A stretch of DNA of 64,000 bases, taken from UHGV virus genome UHGV-0018629; one strand, written 5' to 3'. Within the stretch, counting starts at the first letter, position 1. Every line of letters begins with the position of its first letter. Under the pieces are notes generated by a model. That model saw nothing but the letters and a program-made list of their open reading frames with translations. It was not told the origin of the DNA and searched no databases. This document shows positions 27,842 through 38,394 of the stretch, in pieces. The stretch comes from a virus. The translations under genes and the position numbers were made by a program.

Positions 27842-28322
27842 TAAAGAAGTTTCTATTCCTAAGATGGGTCTTAAACATTATAACATTTTAAAAGATGTTA
27901 AAGGTCCTGATGAAAATTTAAAACTTCTTATTGATTCTATTTGTCCGAATTTATCACCAGCAGAAGTTGATTTCGTTTCCATTCATTTATTGGAATTTAA
28001 TGGAAAGATTAAATCCCGTAAAGAAATAGATGGTTATACTTATGACATTAATGATGTTTATGTGTGCCAAAGATTAGAATTTCAATACCAAGGAAATACA
28101 TTTTATTTTAGACCTCCTGGAAAATTTGAACAATTTTTAACTGTAAGCGATATGTTATCCAAATGCTTGCTTAAGGTCAATGATGAAGTTAAAGAAATTA
28201 ATTTTCTTGAGATGCCAGCATTCGTTTTAAAATGGGCAAATGATATTTCTACAACTTTAGCAATTCCTGGCCCTAATGGTCCAATAACTGGAATTGGCAA
28301 TATTATTGGATTATTTGAATGA
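27789..28322 (+). CDS. 28: Baseplate hub distal protein gp28
   Basis: ORF 27747..28322; likely start at MNLKLILPL (27789) giving 177 aa; overlaps gp27 3' end. Confidence 0.85.
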   Translation: MNLKLILPLKKVVLPISNKEVSIPKMGLKHYNILKDVKGPDENLKLLIDSICPNLSPAEVDFVSIHLLEFNGKIKSRKEIDGYTYDINDVYVCQRLEFQYQGNTFYFRPPGKFEQFLTVSDMLSKCLLKVNDEVKEINFLEMPAFVLKWANDISTTLAIPGPNGPITGIGNIIGLFE

Positions 28323-30091
28323 AAAAGCCACAAGAAATGCAAACGATGCGTAGAAAAGTCATTTCAGATAATAAACCAACACAGGAAGCGGCTAAAACCG
28401 CTTCTAATACTTTATCTGGTCTTAATGACATTTCTACAAAATTAGATGATGCTCAAGCTGCTTCTGAATTAATAGCTCAGACTGTTGAAGAAAAATCAAA
28501 TGAAATAGTTGGAGCAATTGATAACGTTGAAAGCGCAGTAAGTGATACTACTGCCGGTTCTGAGTTAATTGCTGAAACTGTCGAAATTGGCAACAATATT
28601 AATAAAGAAATCGGTGAATCGCTCGGAAGTAAATTAGATAAATTGACAAGTTTACTGGAGCAAAAAATTCAGACAGCTGGAATTCAGCAGACTGGAACGA
28701 GTTTAGCAGTAGTCGAAAGCGCTATTCCTGTTAAGGTGGTTGAGGATGATACAGCTGAATTTGTTGGTCCTTTATTACCGGCTCCTGAAGCAGTTAATAA
28801 CAACCCAGATGCTGATTTTTTCCCTACTCCTCAGCCAGTTGAACCAAAACAAGAGTCTCCAGAAGAGAAGCAAAAAAGAGACGCATTTAACTTAAAAATA
28901 TCTAATGCATTAGATAAATTAACAAAGACAGTTGATTTTGGATTTAAGAAATCTATTTCAATTACTGATAAAATATCTAGCATGCTATTTAAGTATACCG
29001 TCAGTGCTGCTATTGAAGCTGCTAAAATGGTTGCATTGATAATGGCTGTTGTTATTGGAATAGACCTGCTGATGGTTCATTTTAAATACTGGTCAGATAA
29101 ATTTTCAAAAGCCTGGGATTTATTTAGCACTGATTTTAAAACTTTCTCAAGCGAAACAGGAACTTGGGGTCCTTTATTACAAAGCATCTTTGAATCTATT
29201 GATGAAATTAAAAAGTTCTGGGAAGCTGGAGATTGGGGCGGATTAACAGTAGCTATTGTTGAAGGGCTTGGAAGTGTTCTTTATAATTTAGGAGAGCTTA
29301 TTCAATTAGGTATGGCTAAATTATCTGCAGCAATTCTTCGAGTCATTCCTGGCATGAAGGATACTGCTGATGAAGTAGAAGGAAGAGCATTAGAAAATTT
29401 CCAAAATTCTACTGGAGCGTCTCTTAATAAAGAAGACCAAGAAAAAGTAGCAAATTATCAAGATAAACGAATGAATGACGATCTTGGCCCAATAGCAAAA
29501 GGATTAGACAAAATTGCGAACTGGAAAACTCGTGCATCTAACTGGATTCGTGGTGTAGATAATAAAGAAGCATTGACTACTGACGAAGAACGTGCAGCAG
29601 AAGAAGAAAAATTAAAACAACTTTCACCGGAAGAAAGAAAAAATGCTTTAATGAAAGCTAATGAAGCTCGTGCTGCGATGATTCGTTTTGAAAAATACGC
29701 TGATTCAGCTGATATGAGCAAAGACTCGACAGTTAAATCAATTGAAGCTGCTCATGAAGACCTTAAAAAACGGATGGATGACCCGGATTTAAATAATTCA
29801 CCGGCAGTTAAAAAAGAACTTGCTGCTAGATTTTCTAAAATTGATGCTACTTATCAAGAGCTCAAGAAAAATCAGCCTAATGCCAAACCTGAAACTTCTG
29901 CTAAATCACCAGAAGCAAAACAGGTCCAGGTGATTGAAAAGAACAAAGCACAACAAGCTCCTGTTCAACAAGCATCTCCTTCAATCAATAATACTAATAA
30001 TGTTATTAAGAAAAATACTGTCGTTCATAATATGACACCCGTAACGAGCACAACGGCTCCTGGTATATTTGATGCGACTGGAGTTAATTAA
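28319..30091 (+). CDS. 29: Baseplate hub / tail length determinant gp29
   Basis: 590 aa, T4 order. Confidence 0.92.
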   Translation: MKKPQEMQTMRRKVISDNKPTQEAAKTASNTLSGLNDISTKLDDAQAASELIAQTVEEKSNEIVGAIDNVESAVSDTTAGSELIAETVEIGNNINKEIGESLGSKLDKLTSLLEQKIQTAGIQQTGTSLAVVESAIPVKVVEDDTAEFVGPLLPAPEAVNNNPDADFFPTPQPVEPKQESPEEKQKRDAFNLKISNALDKLTKTVDFGFKKSISITDKISSMLFKYTVSAAIEAAKMVALIMAVVIGIDLLMVHFKYWSDKFSKAWDLFSTDFKTFSSETGTWGPLLQSIFESIDEIKKFWEAGDWGGLTVAIVEGLGSVLYNLGELIQLGMAKLSAAILRVIPGMKDTADEVEGRALENFQNSTGASLNKEDQEKVANYQDKRMNDDLGPIAKGLDKIANWKTRASNWIRGVDNKEALTTDEERAAEEEKLKQLSPEERKNALMKANEARAAMIRFEKYADSADMSKDSTVKSIEAAHEDLKKRMDDPDLNNSPAVKKELAARFSKIDATYQELKKNQPNAKPETSAKSPEAKQVQVIEKNKAQQAPVQQASPSINNTNNVIKKNTVVHNMTPVTSTTAPGIFDATGVN

Positions 30092-30099
30092 GGAATAAT

Positions 30100-31194
30100 A
30101 TGGCAATTGTTAAAGAAATAACTGCTGATTTAATTAAAAAGTCCGGTGAAACAATTTCAGCCGGACAGAGTACTAAATCAGAAGTAGGAACTAAAACATA
30201 CACAGCCCAGTTTCCAACTGGGCGTGCTAGTGGTAATGACACTACAGGGGACTTCCAGGTAACAGATCTATATAAGAATGGATTATTATTTACTGCATAC
30301 AATATGTCATCTAGGGATTCTGGAAGTCTTAGAACGATGAGATCTAACTACTCTTCTTCATCTTCGAGTATTTTACGTACAGCTAGAAACACTATCAGTA
30401 ATACAGTATCAAAACTATCAAATGGATTAGTATCAGATAATAATTCAGGAACAATAAGTAAAGTTCCTGTTGCAAATATTCTTTTACCTAGATCTAAATC
30501 TGACGTCGATACGTCATCACATAGATTTAATGATGTTCAAGATAGTCTTATTACAAAAGGCGGAGGTACTGCTACTGGTGTGCTAAGCAATATGGCTTCA
30601 ACCGCAGTATTTGGAGCATTGGAAAGTATAACACAAGGTATAATGGCTGATAATAATGAACAGATTTATACTACAGCCAGAAGTATGTATGGCGGTGCTG
30701 AGAATAGAACTAAAGTGTTCACTTGGGATTTGACTCCGCGTTCAACAGAAGATTTAATGGCTATTATTAATATCTATCAGTATTTTAATTATTTTTCTTA
30801 TGGTGAAACGGGTAAATCTCAATATGCTGCTGAAATAAAAGGATACTTAGATGAGTGGTATCGTTCTACATTTATTGAACCATTAACTCCAGAAGATGCA
30901 GTTAAAAATAAGACGTTATTTGAGAAAATGACATCGAGTTTAACGAACGTTCTAGTAGTTTCAAACCCGACAGTTTGGATGGTGAAAAACTTTGGTGCAA
31001 CATCTAAGTTTGATGGAAAAACGGAAGTATTTGGCCCATGCCAAATACAGAGTATCAGATTTGATAAAACACCAAATGGTAATTTTAATGGATTAGCTAT
31101 TGCTCCAAATCTTCCTAGTACATTTACCCTTGAGATTACTATGAGAGAAATTATTACGTTAAACCGTGCTTCTTTATATGCGGGGGCTTTCTAA
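30100..31194 (+). CDS. 48: Baseplate tail-tube cap protein gp48
   Basis: 364 aa, T4 order. Confidence 0.92.
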   Translation: MAIVKEITADLIKKSGETISAGQSTKSEVGTKTYTAQFPTGRASGNDTTGDFQVTDLYKNGLLFTAYNMSSRDSGSLRTMRSNYSSSSSSILRTARNTISNTVSKLSNGLVSDNNSGTISKVPVANILLPRSKSDVDTSSHRFNDVQDSLITKGGGTATGVLSNMASTAVFGALESITQGIMADNNEQIYTTARSMYGGAENRTKVFTWDLTPRSTEDLMAIINIYQYFNYFSYGETGKSQYAAEIKGYLDEWYRSTFIEPLTPEDAVKNKTLFEKMTSSLTNVLVVSNPTVWMVKNFGATSKFDGKTEVFGPCQIQSIRFDKTPNGNFNGLAIAPNLPSTFTLEITMREIITLNRASLYAGAF

Positions 31195-32159
31195 TGTATT
31201 CTTTAGAGGAATTTAATAACCAAGCAATAAACGCAGACTTCCAACGTAATAATATGTTTAGTTGCGTTTTTGCGACAACTCCATCAACTAAAAGCTCTTC
31301 GTTGATAAGTTCAATTAGCAACTTTTCTTATAATAACTTGGGCCTAAATTCAGATTGGTTAGGACTAACTCAAGGCGATATTAATCAGGGAATTACCACG
31401 TTAATTACTGCTGGCACACAAAAACTGATAAGAAAATCAGGGGTTAGTAAATATCTTATTGGTGCTATGAGTCAACGTACAGTTCAAAGTTTATTAGGCT
31501 CATTTACAGTTGGTACATATTTAATTGACTTCTTTAACATGGCATATAACTCATCTGGGTTGATGATATATTCTGTAAAAATGCCAGAGAATAGATTATC
31601 CTATGAAACTGACTGGAACTATAACTCTCCTAATATTCGTATAACTGGAAGAGAATTAGACCCTTTGGTTATTTCATTCAGAATGGATTCAGAAGCTTGT
31701 AACTATCGTGCAATGCAAGACTGGGTTAACGCTGTTCAAGACCCAGTAACTGGATTGCGTGCTTTGCCGCAAGATGTCGAGGCAGATATTCAGGTTAATC
31801 TTCATTCTCGTAATGGATTACCACATACTGCGGTGATGTTCACTGGCTGTATTCCAATATCTGTGAGTGCTCCTGAGTTATCATATGATGGAGATAACCA
31901 AATAACTACATTTGATGTTACTTTTGCGTACAGAGTCATGCAGGCTGGAGCGGTTGATAGACAAGCTGCCCTTGAATGGCTTGAATCTGCTACTATAAAT
32001 GGTATTCAAAGCGTTCTCGGAAATAGTGGAGGTGTTACTGGACTATCTAATTCGCTTTCACGACTTAGTAGATTAGGGGGAACTGCAGGAAGCATTTCAA
32101 ATATTAATACTATGACAGGAATTGTCAATTCGCAAAGTAAAATATTAGGAGCAATATAA
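31194..32159 (+). CDS. 54: Baseplate tail-tube initiator gp54
   Basis: 321 aa, T4 order. Confidence 0.92.
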   Translation: MYSLEEFNNQAINADFQRNNMFSCVFATTPSTKSSSLISSISNFSYNNLGLNSDWLGLTQGDINQGITTLITAGTQKLIRKSGVSKYLIGAMSQRTVQSLLGSFTVGTYLIDFFNMAYNSSGLMIYSVKMPENRLSYETDWNYNSPNIRITGRELDPLVISFRMDSEACNYRAMQDWVNAVQDPVTGLRALPQDVEADIQVNLHSRNGLPHTAVMFTGCIPISVSAPELSYDGDNQITTFDVTFAYRVMQAGAVDRQAALEWLESATINGIQSVLGNSGGVTGLSNSLSRLSRLGGTAGSISNINTMTGIVNSQSKILGAI

Positions 32160-32478
32160 CAATGGGGACCTTTCGGTCCCCATTGTTATATTTACGGAAT
32201 GAAATAAAAGCAGCAACTGAAGCAACTAAACTTTCTTCAATATAAACCTCAATTTTTACCGGAGCTTCTGACTCAAATTTACCTGTTACTACACCTTGGA
32301 AAATACTTTCAGTCTGCTCTGGCTTTGAAAAATTTTCAGAAGGAAAAATTCCGAACTTTTTATCGGTTCCGAAAATTTTAATAAATTCATCATAAACTGC
32401 TTCATTGAAAGCGTTATCAGCTGGAATAACGCCCTCAACGACGAGTTCTTGACCTAAAAAGCGCAAAGAAGATTTCAT
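32125..32478 (-). CDS. Hypothetical protein (T4 alt.-3-like by position); 3' end reads through the gene 54 terminator hairpin, true stop uncertain
   Basis: 117 aa ORF. Confidence 0.45.
   Translation of the reverse strand: MKSSLRFLGQELVVEGVIPADNAFNEAVYDEFIKIFGTDKKFGIFPSENFSKPEQTESIFQGVVTGKFESEAPVKIEVYIEESLVASVAAFISFRKYNNGDRKVPIVILLLIFYFAN
32163..32184. terminator. Stem-loop GGGGACC-TTTC-GGTCCCC after gene 54
   Basis: Perfect hairpin read in sequence. Confidence 0.5.
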
Positions 32479-32486
32479 TTTGTGTT

Positions 32487-32539
32487 CCTCATATTATGTC
32501 AGTAAGACTATTATAACACAACACGAGGGACTTGTAAAC
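32487..32539 (-). promoter_or_regulatory. T4 early-type promoter (GTTTAC -35, TGTTATAAT extended -10) inside a ~53-bp element repeated at 48359..48411
   Basis: Reverse complement reads GTTTACaagtccctcgtgttgtgTTATAAT. Confidence 0.5.
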
Positions 32540-34596
32540 TACATCTTGAACTTTTTAGACATTCCGTTGATGTTAACCAAAGAAGCCAATATTTGAGAAA
32601 CTTCGTTTTCCTCTTCTTTTGATTCTTCTACAAGGAATTGATTAAACCCAGCCATTGGACGAACTTCACCAGTTTCCATTAGATGATCGCCATCATATAC
32701 TGATTCTTCTAATTGTTCAGAAGGAGGAACGATTGTGCCTTCGATTAGATACTTATTATAAGCAGTTTCTTTCGTCATGTACGTACTTACTTTATTAATC
32801 TTCAGTAAAATTCCACGTGGCAAAATAACTTCAGCTTCGGATGGAAATCCTGATAAATGACCTGGAACGATAACTTTAACTCGTTCAGCTCCTTTAATTA
32901 CCATACCTACATTAGTTTCAGCGTCTTCATTCGCATATGTAGAATGACTACCCATATGCATTAAATCTTCGGCATCAACTGAACCTTCTCCTTCGCCAGA
33001 AAATACTGCTCCGGAATCATCTAGAGCCATATAATTTTTACCATACTCACCAAAGATATTTGGTTTAAGTGATGTCGATACGAAGTTCTTGAAATAGAAC
33101 ATTTTATTTTCAATGTTATGACGCAAAGTTTTAAAGGTAACTTCTTGCCCGCGATAAAGAGTAGTTCCTGGAGGAAGAACTGAACCTTTAGTAAATGCAG
33201 AATCCAACGCTTCGATGTTCTTAATAGCACGTTCCATATATTCTTCACGGGTGGAATCTGGTTTACCTAAAAGGAACGAGTTCATTTCAACATATGAATC
33301 TGCACAATACTCTTCAATTACATCAGACTCAGCCTGAGTTAATCCTTTTGGAGTTACTTCAGTGCTTGCATATTCATACGCCTGAGCAGCGGATTCATCA
33401 ATCAATTTATAAATTCCATTCATTACAAATTGAATAATAGCTGTCTTTTCATCTGGTGTAGCTTTAGAACCTTTAACTAAATCATTGATAATTTTCTTAA
33501 TAACATCAAAGCTATTAGAAATATTAATATCAGCAAGATCGCTTAAAATTTTATCAGCTTTATAATTAAAAAATTCTTTATTCTTTGAATATTCCTGAGA
33601 ACCTTGATATGATATATCGCTCTGCAACTTGATAGATGGATCACGTAAACGTGCATGAGCCAATGCAATATGATTTCTGAAGCTTTCTAATTCATAATCG
33701 CTAGATTTAAAACGAGAAGCACTTCTCATACCACCGATAGCTCCTTTGCTGAAGTTTGAACCAACTTGAATAACACCAGAGTTCATCGGTCCTTCTGCTT
33801 TATATACCGGAACTTTAGATTCAAACTCTTGATATTTCTTGGCAGCGAAGCTATCACCCTGAAGTGAAGCATCAACAGTAGAATATTGAGCTTGTGCTGC
33901 TAATCGACGACTAATTTTAGTTTTTTGAATAACAACTTGATCCGTGCGCTTATCATTTTCTAAAGCAATAGAAGCAGCAACAGCAACAGCTTTAGGAACA
34001 GCATTTCCTGTTTTAACGTCTACATAAACATCACCGACCTTTGATTCAACTTTTGTGAATAGCTCTGTTGAAATAGGAGGTACACCTGGAATGTCTTCTA
34101 AATTGGCATTTTTACGGTAAACCATAATATATGCATACTTTTTATCATAATCCCAGATTTCCTTTAAAAGAACGTATCGACCTGCTCCTTTAGTACGTAC
34201 TAAACGGTCAGCAATAACTTGCATTTGACGAGCTGCGCCATTTGTTTTACTCTTTAGTACGCGGAATAAGCATGCATCAATTTTATACTGTTTCATTGTT
34301 TGAAGAGCAGTATCAAAAACCGCATTAATGACACCAATTGGATTTCCACCTAAGTTTTTAAGTTTAACTAATGATAGTTTCTCATTAACACCTATCATTA
34401 CGATATGCATCATTTTATCGCCTGGCTTAACGTTTTTATTTGTATCACCACCAGAAGTGTATGTACAAAATCTAAATCCAGGGAGAACACTTTCTTCACC
34501 GGCTTGAATAGCAAAAATTTGAGGTATTTTATGCTTAGGATTTAAGTTAACAACCGGCGCCGAAGCGCCGTCAAATAATTCTGTAATAAGTTCCAT
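32539..34596 (-). CDS. Alt-like ADP-ribosyltransferase paralog (upstream copy)
   Basis: 685 aa; N-terminus MELITELFD; C-terminal ART motifs YRGQ, FVSTSL, SEAEVILPRG; about 60% N-terminal identity to the adjacent copy. Confidence 0.85.
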   Translation of the reverse strand: MELITELFDGASAPVVNLNPKHKIPQIFAIQAGEESVLPGFRFCTYTSGGDTNKNVKPGDKMMHIVMIGVNEKLSLVKLKNLGGNPIGVINAVFDTALQTMKQYKIDACLFRVLKSKTNGAARQMQVIADRLVRTKGAGRYVLLKEIWDYDKKYAYIMVYRKNANLEDIPGVPPISTELFTKVESKVGDVYVDVKTGNAVPKAVAVAASIALENDKRTDQVVIQKTKISRRLAAQAQYSTVDASLQGDSFAAKKYQEFESKVPVYKAEGPMNSGVIQVGSNFSKGAIGGMRSASRFKSSDYELESFRNHIALAHARLRDPSIKLQSDISYQGSQEYSKNKEFFNYKADKILSDLADINISNSFDVIKKIINDLVKGSKATPDEKTAIIQFVMNGIYKLIDESAAQAYEYASTEVTPKGLTQAESDVIEEYCADSYVEMNSFLLGKPDSTREEYMERAIKNIEALDSAFTKGSVLPPGTTLYRGQEVTFKTLRHNIENKMFYFKNFVSTSLKPNIFGEYGKNYMALDDSGAVFSGEGEGSVDAEDLMHMGSHSTYANEDAETNVGMVIKGAERVKVIVPGHLSGFPSEAEVILPRGILLKINKVSTYMTKETAYNKYLIEGTIVPPSEQLEESVYDGDHLMETGEVRPMAGFNQFLVEESKEEENEVSQILASLVNINGMSKKFKM

Positions 34597-34599
34597 GAT

Positions 34600-36696
34600 T
34601 TATCCTTGAACGAACTTGTAAGGCATGTTTGTAATATCTATGCAAGACGCAATAATTCCAAGAGATGATTCTACTTTTTGTTTAACATTTGATGAAACAA
34701 ATGATGCAAAGTCAACTCTGTCTTCTATTTCAATATCACCTGTCATTGCAACTACTTCACCGGTTTCCATTAGATGGTCTCCGTCATAGATTACCGATTC
34801 GGTGAGTTCTTCTATGGTCATAACTTCAGCTTGAATGAGTTTTGTATTATTAGATGTTGTTCCGTCATTATTAGAAGCATCAGTTATTTTATTAACTTTA
34901 ACCATCAATCCGCGCGGTAGAATAACTTCAGCTTCTGTTGCTATTCCGAGACTTCCTGGATATACAACATTAACTTTATGAGCTCCATCAATTGCCCATC
35001 CTATTTGAACTTTAACGTATTCAGGATTTTCTTTATACGCTCTTATTTCATTTGGATTAATAGTTATTCCTTCTTCATTTTTATCAACTGTCAATTCATT
35101 ACGAGCTTCTGGTTCTAAAAGACCAATACCAGCATGTGTAATTCCAAAACGTCCAAAAATGATAGGAGTTAAAGAAGTAGATACAAAATTTCTGAAATAG
35201 AACACTTTATTTTTAACTAGTGCTTCGTATATAGGAGCAGTCATACTTTGAGCACGATAAACTGTGATGCCTTCCGGTATACGGTCACCATTTTCAAAAG
35301 CTGAATCTAAGTTATTTATAGCAGATTCAATTTCTTTTTCACTCATTACATCATATCGTTCTGGATTGTAACGACCTAAAAGAAGATTATTGATGTCAGT
35401 ATATCCTGAACCGCAATATTCTCTAATGCCACGCTTTTGTAATGGAGTATATTTAGAACCATCGCGGGCAATAGTAATATCAATCATTGAACCAGCACCA
35501 ATTCCAGAAAAACTGTAAATCATTCGTTTGAGGAATTTAGTTTTTGCTGCGTTCCAGGAATTTTTAGTTATTTCTTCCCAGACTTCATCTGGTTGTCCTT
35601 TACGGGTTTTATTATGACTAGCAAGCCATTTATCTTTATAATCTTCAAAGAATTTATTAACAGCTGCTGCGTATTTCTCTAAACATTTTATTGAAGTAGT
35701 TGGTTCATTTTTAATCGCGTTAAAAATTACATCTTTAATTTTTTCTGAAACTTCACCGACTTGACTCATTGGAAAGAATTTATAGTCATAGTGAAGTTCA
35801 TCTGCAGTTCCTTCAGCAATAATTTTTGCTGCCTTAGTTTTAGAAGCCAATGAATTAATTCCAAGTTTCATTTCTTCTGCTTCGGGAATTAAAGGAGCGG
35901 TAGCAGGTTTATTGAAATTAGCTGCGGTAGATTCATACTTCTGGAATAATTCACTTTCAAATCTAGAAGATTCTAATGATTGACTTTGTGCAATTGCTCT
36001 ACGGGAAATTTTAACTTTAACGATTACAGCTTGGTCAGAACGTTTATCGTTTTCTTGCGCAATAGATGCTGCAATTGCCTCATTTTTAGTTACTTGAGCT
36101 CCGGTATCTTTATTGATATAAACATCACCGACCTTCGATTCAACTTTAGTAAAGAGCTCGGTACTAATTTCCGGAACTCCTGGAATGTCTTCTAGTGATA
36201 CATTTTTGCGATGTATAAGAATATATGCATACTTTTTATCATAATCCCAGAGTTCCTTAAGAAGGACATATCTGCCACCTGAACGACTACGGATAAGTCT
36301 ATCAGCAATAACTTGAATTTGTCGAGCTTGACCAGCGGTTTTAGACTTAAGAATACGAAGCATGCAAGCATCAATTTTATACTGACGCATTGTTTGCATT
36401 GCAACAGTAAAAACTGAATTAATATAATTAATTGGGCTTGGACCGAGACCTTTCAATTTAGCAATTGAACCTTTAGCGGTTAATGTAAAAGGAACAATGT
36501 GCATCATTTTATCGCCCATTTTTAAATCACGGTTAGTATCACCTCCAGATGTATAGGTGCATAGACGAAAGCCTGGTTGTTCAATTGCATCATCAACGTG
36601 AACTGAAAAAATTTGTGGTATTTTCTTCTTTGGATTTAAGTTTGTAATCGGAAGAGTAGTATCTTCGTCAAATAATTCTGTAATAAGTTCCATCAT
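34600..36696 (-). CDS. alt: ADP-ribosyltransferase Alt (injected host RNA polymerase modifier)
   Basis: 698 aa; N-terminus MMELITELFDEDTTLPITNL; ART motifs YRAQ, FVSTSL, TEAEVILPRG. Confidence 0.88.
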   Translation of the reverse strand: MMELITELFDEDTTLPITNLNPKKKIPQIFSVHVDDAIEQPGFRLCTYTSGGDTNRDLKMGDKMMHIVPFTLTAKGSIAKLKGLGPSPINYINSVFTVAMQTMRQYKIDACMLRILKSKTAGQARQIQVIADRLIRSRSGGRYVLLKELWDYDKKYAYILIHRKNVSLEDIPGVPEISTELFTKVESKVGDVYINKDTGAQVTKNEAIAASIAQENDKRSDQAVIVKVKISRRAIAQSQSLESSRFESELFQKYESTAANFNKPATAPLIPEAEEMKLGINSLASKTKAAKIIAEGTADELHYDYKFFPMSQVGEVSEKIKDVIFNAIKNEPTTSIKCLEKYAAAVNKFFEDYKDKWLASHNKTRKGQPDEVWEEITKNSWNAAKTKFLKRMIYSFSGIGAGSMIDITIARDGSKYTPLQKRGIREYCGSGYTDINNLLLGRYNPERYDVMSEKEIESAINNLDSAFENGDRIPEGITVYRAQSMTAPIYEALVKNKVFYFRNFVSTSLTPIIFGRFGITHAGIGLLEPEARNELTVDKNEEGITINPNEIRAYKENPEYVKVQIGWAIDGAHKVNVVYPGSLGIATEAEVILPRGLMVKVNKITDASNNDGTTSNNTKLIQAEVMTIEELTESVIYDGDHLMETGEVVAMTGDIEIEDRVDFASFVSSNVKQKVESSLGIIASCIDITNMPYKFVQG

Positions 36697-36729
36697 ATCC
36701 TCTCTAGTGTTTATTCTATTTATAAAATT

Positions 36730-36747
36730 AAAGGCCCGAAGGCCTTT
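36730..36747 (-). terminator. Stem-loop AAAGGCC-CGA-AGGCCTTT between small ORF and alt
   Basis: Hairpin read in sequence. Confidence 0.45.
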
Positions 36748-36934
36748 AATAATCTATTGGTAAGAGAGTACGGTATATTTCAAACTTTGGACCTTTTTCA
36801 TAGGCATCAAATGTTTCTGTAAATTTATTATAAGCGTATGCATCTACAAATTCAAGCATGATTTGTGATACAGAAGTAGAAACATCTCCACCTTCTTTTT
36901 GAGCAACGACAATTGTTTCTAAGTAAGCTTTCAT
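36746..36934 (-). CDS. Hypothetical small protein between gene 30 and alt
   Basis: 62 aa ORF; start overlaps ligase stop. Confidence 0.4.
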   Translation of the reverse strand: MKAYLETIVVAQKEGGDVSTSVSQIMLEFVDAYAYNKFTETFDAYEKGPKFEIYRTLLPIDY

Positions 36935-38394
36935 AGACCAGTTACCTCATGAAAATCACCAAATACATCCTCGAATGTATTAGCTTTAGTTTTATCTTCA
37001 CGCAAACGAATCGCAATCGGAAGAAATAATTTAACGTAATCAGTGCGACCATCAGATTTTAACCAACCGTTGCATTCGCACTCTAGAATTTTTCCAATAT
37101 AATAATTTTGGTTTTCCATAATGCGAGTACGGTCAAGTTCATGCGATTTTACACCGGCTTTATCTTTTAAGCCTGAACCAGCATTTACTTTAATTTTTCC
37201 ACATTCTGATTCAAGAATAAATCCACCCGCTTTAGTAGGGTCTTTACGGTGAGGATAAATTCCTACAATTTTTAAATCAACATCAATTACTTCTTTAAAT
37301 TTATAGAGATTTTTTGAACGAGCATTTTCCCATAACCCATCAACGTTTTTGAGAATAATACCTTCAAGACCTTGGTCAATATATTTTTTATAAATTACCT
37401 TAGCTTCGTCTAAATTATTTACTACCTGGTTTTCAATTAAAATTACTTTGTCGTATCCTGATGTCATTTGTTCTAGTTTAGAAAAACGTACATCATACTT
37501 CAAACGAAATGCTGGAAGACCGTATATTTCTACCAACGGAACATAATCCCAGACCTGAAACTTCATACATTGAGCTTCTTTTTCTGAAATAGTCCCCTTT
37601 AAAGATTTATTAGCAATTCCATTAGATGCAGTACGTGATTCAGCTACTTCGGCAAACTCTTTAGCTTTACTAATTTCAGGATAAGCATCAAAAAGAAAAT
37701 CTAGGCCTTCTGGCTCCTTTTCAACTTGCTCATGGTATACCAATTCGCCATCAATTAACACACCTTCTGGATGAATCTGGCGGGCTTCAGCGGTCATTTT
37801 GATTAACTCTTCTTTAAGAAAATCTAATCCTAGATATTCATTACCAGCTCGTGATAAAAGACGAACATCGTCTAATTCATCACCTCTGATTTCGGCAAAA
37901 CACCGAGCTCCATCTGCTTTTAACTGTGCAAAGGCTGGAAATTTGATATTCTTATTAATGCCTTTTTCGTCATAAGAACTTGCAAGCATTTGAGGCTGTT
38001 CAGGAATTAAACCTGGCCAGACTTTGTTTGCAATAGATACAGAAGCACCACATTCAAGGTCTCGCATCATCACTCGACGCAAAACTTCAACATCATCTTT
38101 TTTACCGTCAGTAATATAACCAATTAATTCTTCAATTGCCGCATTTCCGGTTAATTTCCGAGTAGCTAACGTGAATTCAATAAAATCAAGCATATCGGTA
38201 ATAGTCAACATTCCAAAACTCTGGGTGGCAATGCCGGGTTTAGGCCATTTTTTGATATAATACTGCAACCCGCGAGAATAAGTTAGACGATATACTCGTT
38301 TAAGCAATTCATTATCTTTATTCTTTTCAAGAATTGCCTGCTTCTGTTTAGTTGATCCAATAGATGCTATTTCATTCAGAATTTTAAGAATCAT
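36931..38394 (-). CDS. 30: ATP-dependent DNA ligase gp30
   Basis: 487 aa; adenylation lysine motif context FAQLKADGARCF. Confidence 0.96.
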   Translation of the reverse strand: MILKILNEIASIGSTKQKQAILEKNKDNELLKRVYRLTYSRGLQYYIKKWPKPGIATQSFGMLTITDMLDFIEFTLATRKLTGNAAIEELIGYITDGKKDDVEVLRRVMMRDLECGASVSIANKVWPGLIPEQPQMLASSYDEKGINKNIKFPAFAQLKADGARCFAEIRGDELDDVRLLSRAGNEYLGLDFLKEELIKMTAEARQIHPEGVLIDGELVYHEQVEKEPEGLDFLFDAYPEISKAKEFAEVAESRTASNGIANKSLKGTISEKEAQCMKFQVWDYVPLVEIYGLPAFRLKYDVRFSKLEQMTSGYDKVILIENQVVNNLDEAKVIYKKYIDQGLEGIILKNVDGLWENARSKNLYKFKEVIDVDLKIVGIYPHRKDPTKAGGFILESECGKIKVNAGSGLKDKAGVKSHELDRTRIMENQNYYIGKILECECNGWLKSDGRTDYVKLFLPIAIRLREDKTKANTFEDVFGDFHEVTGL

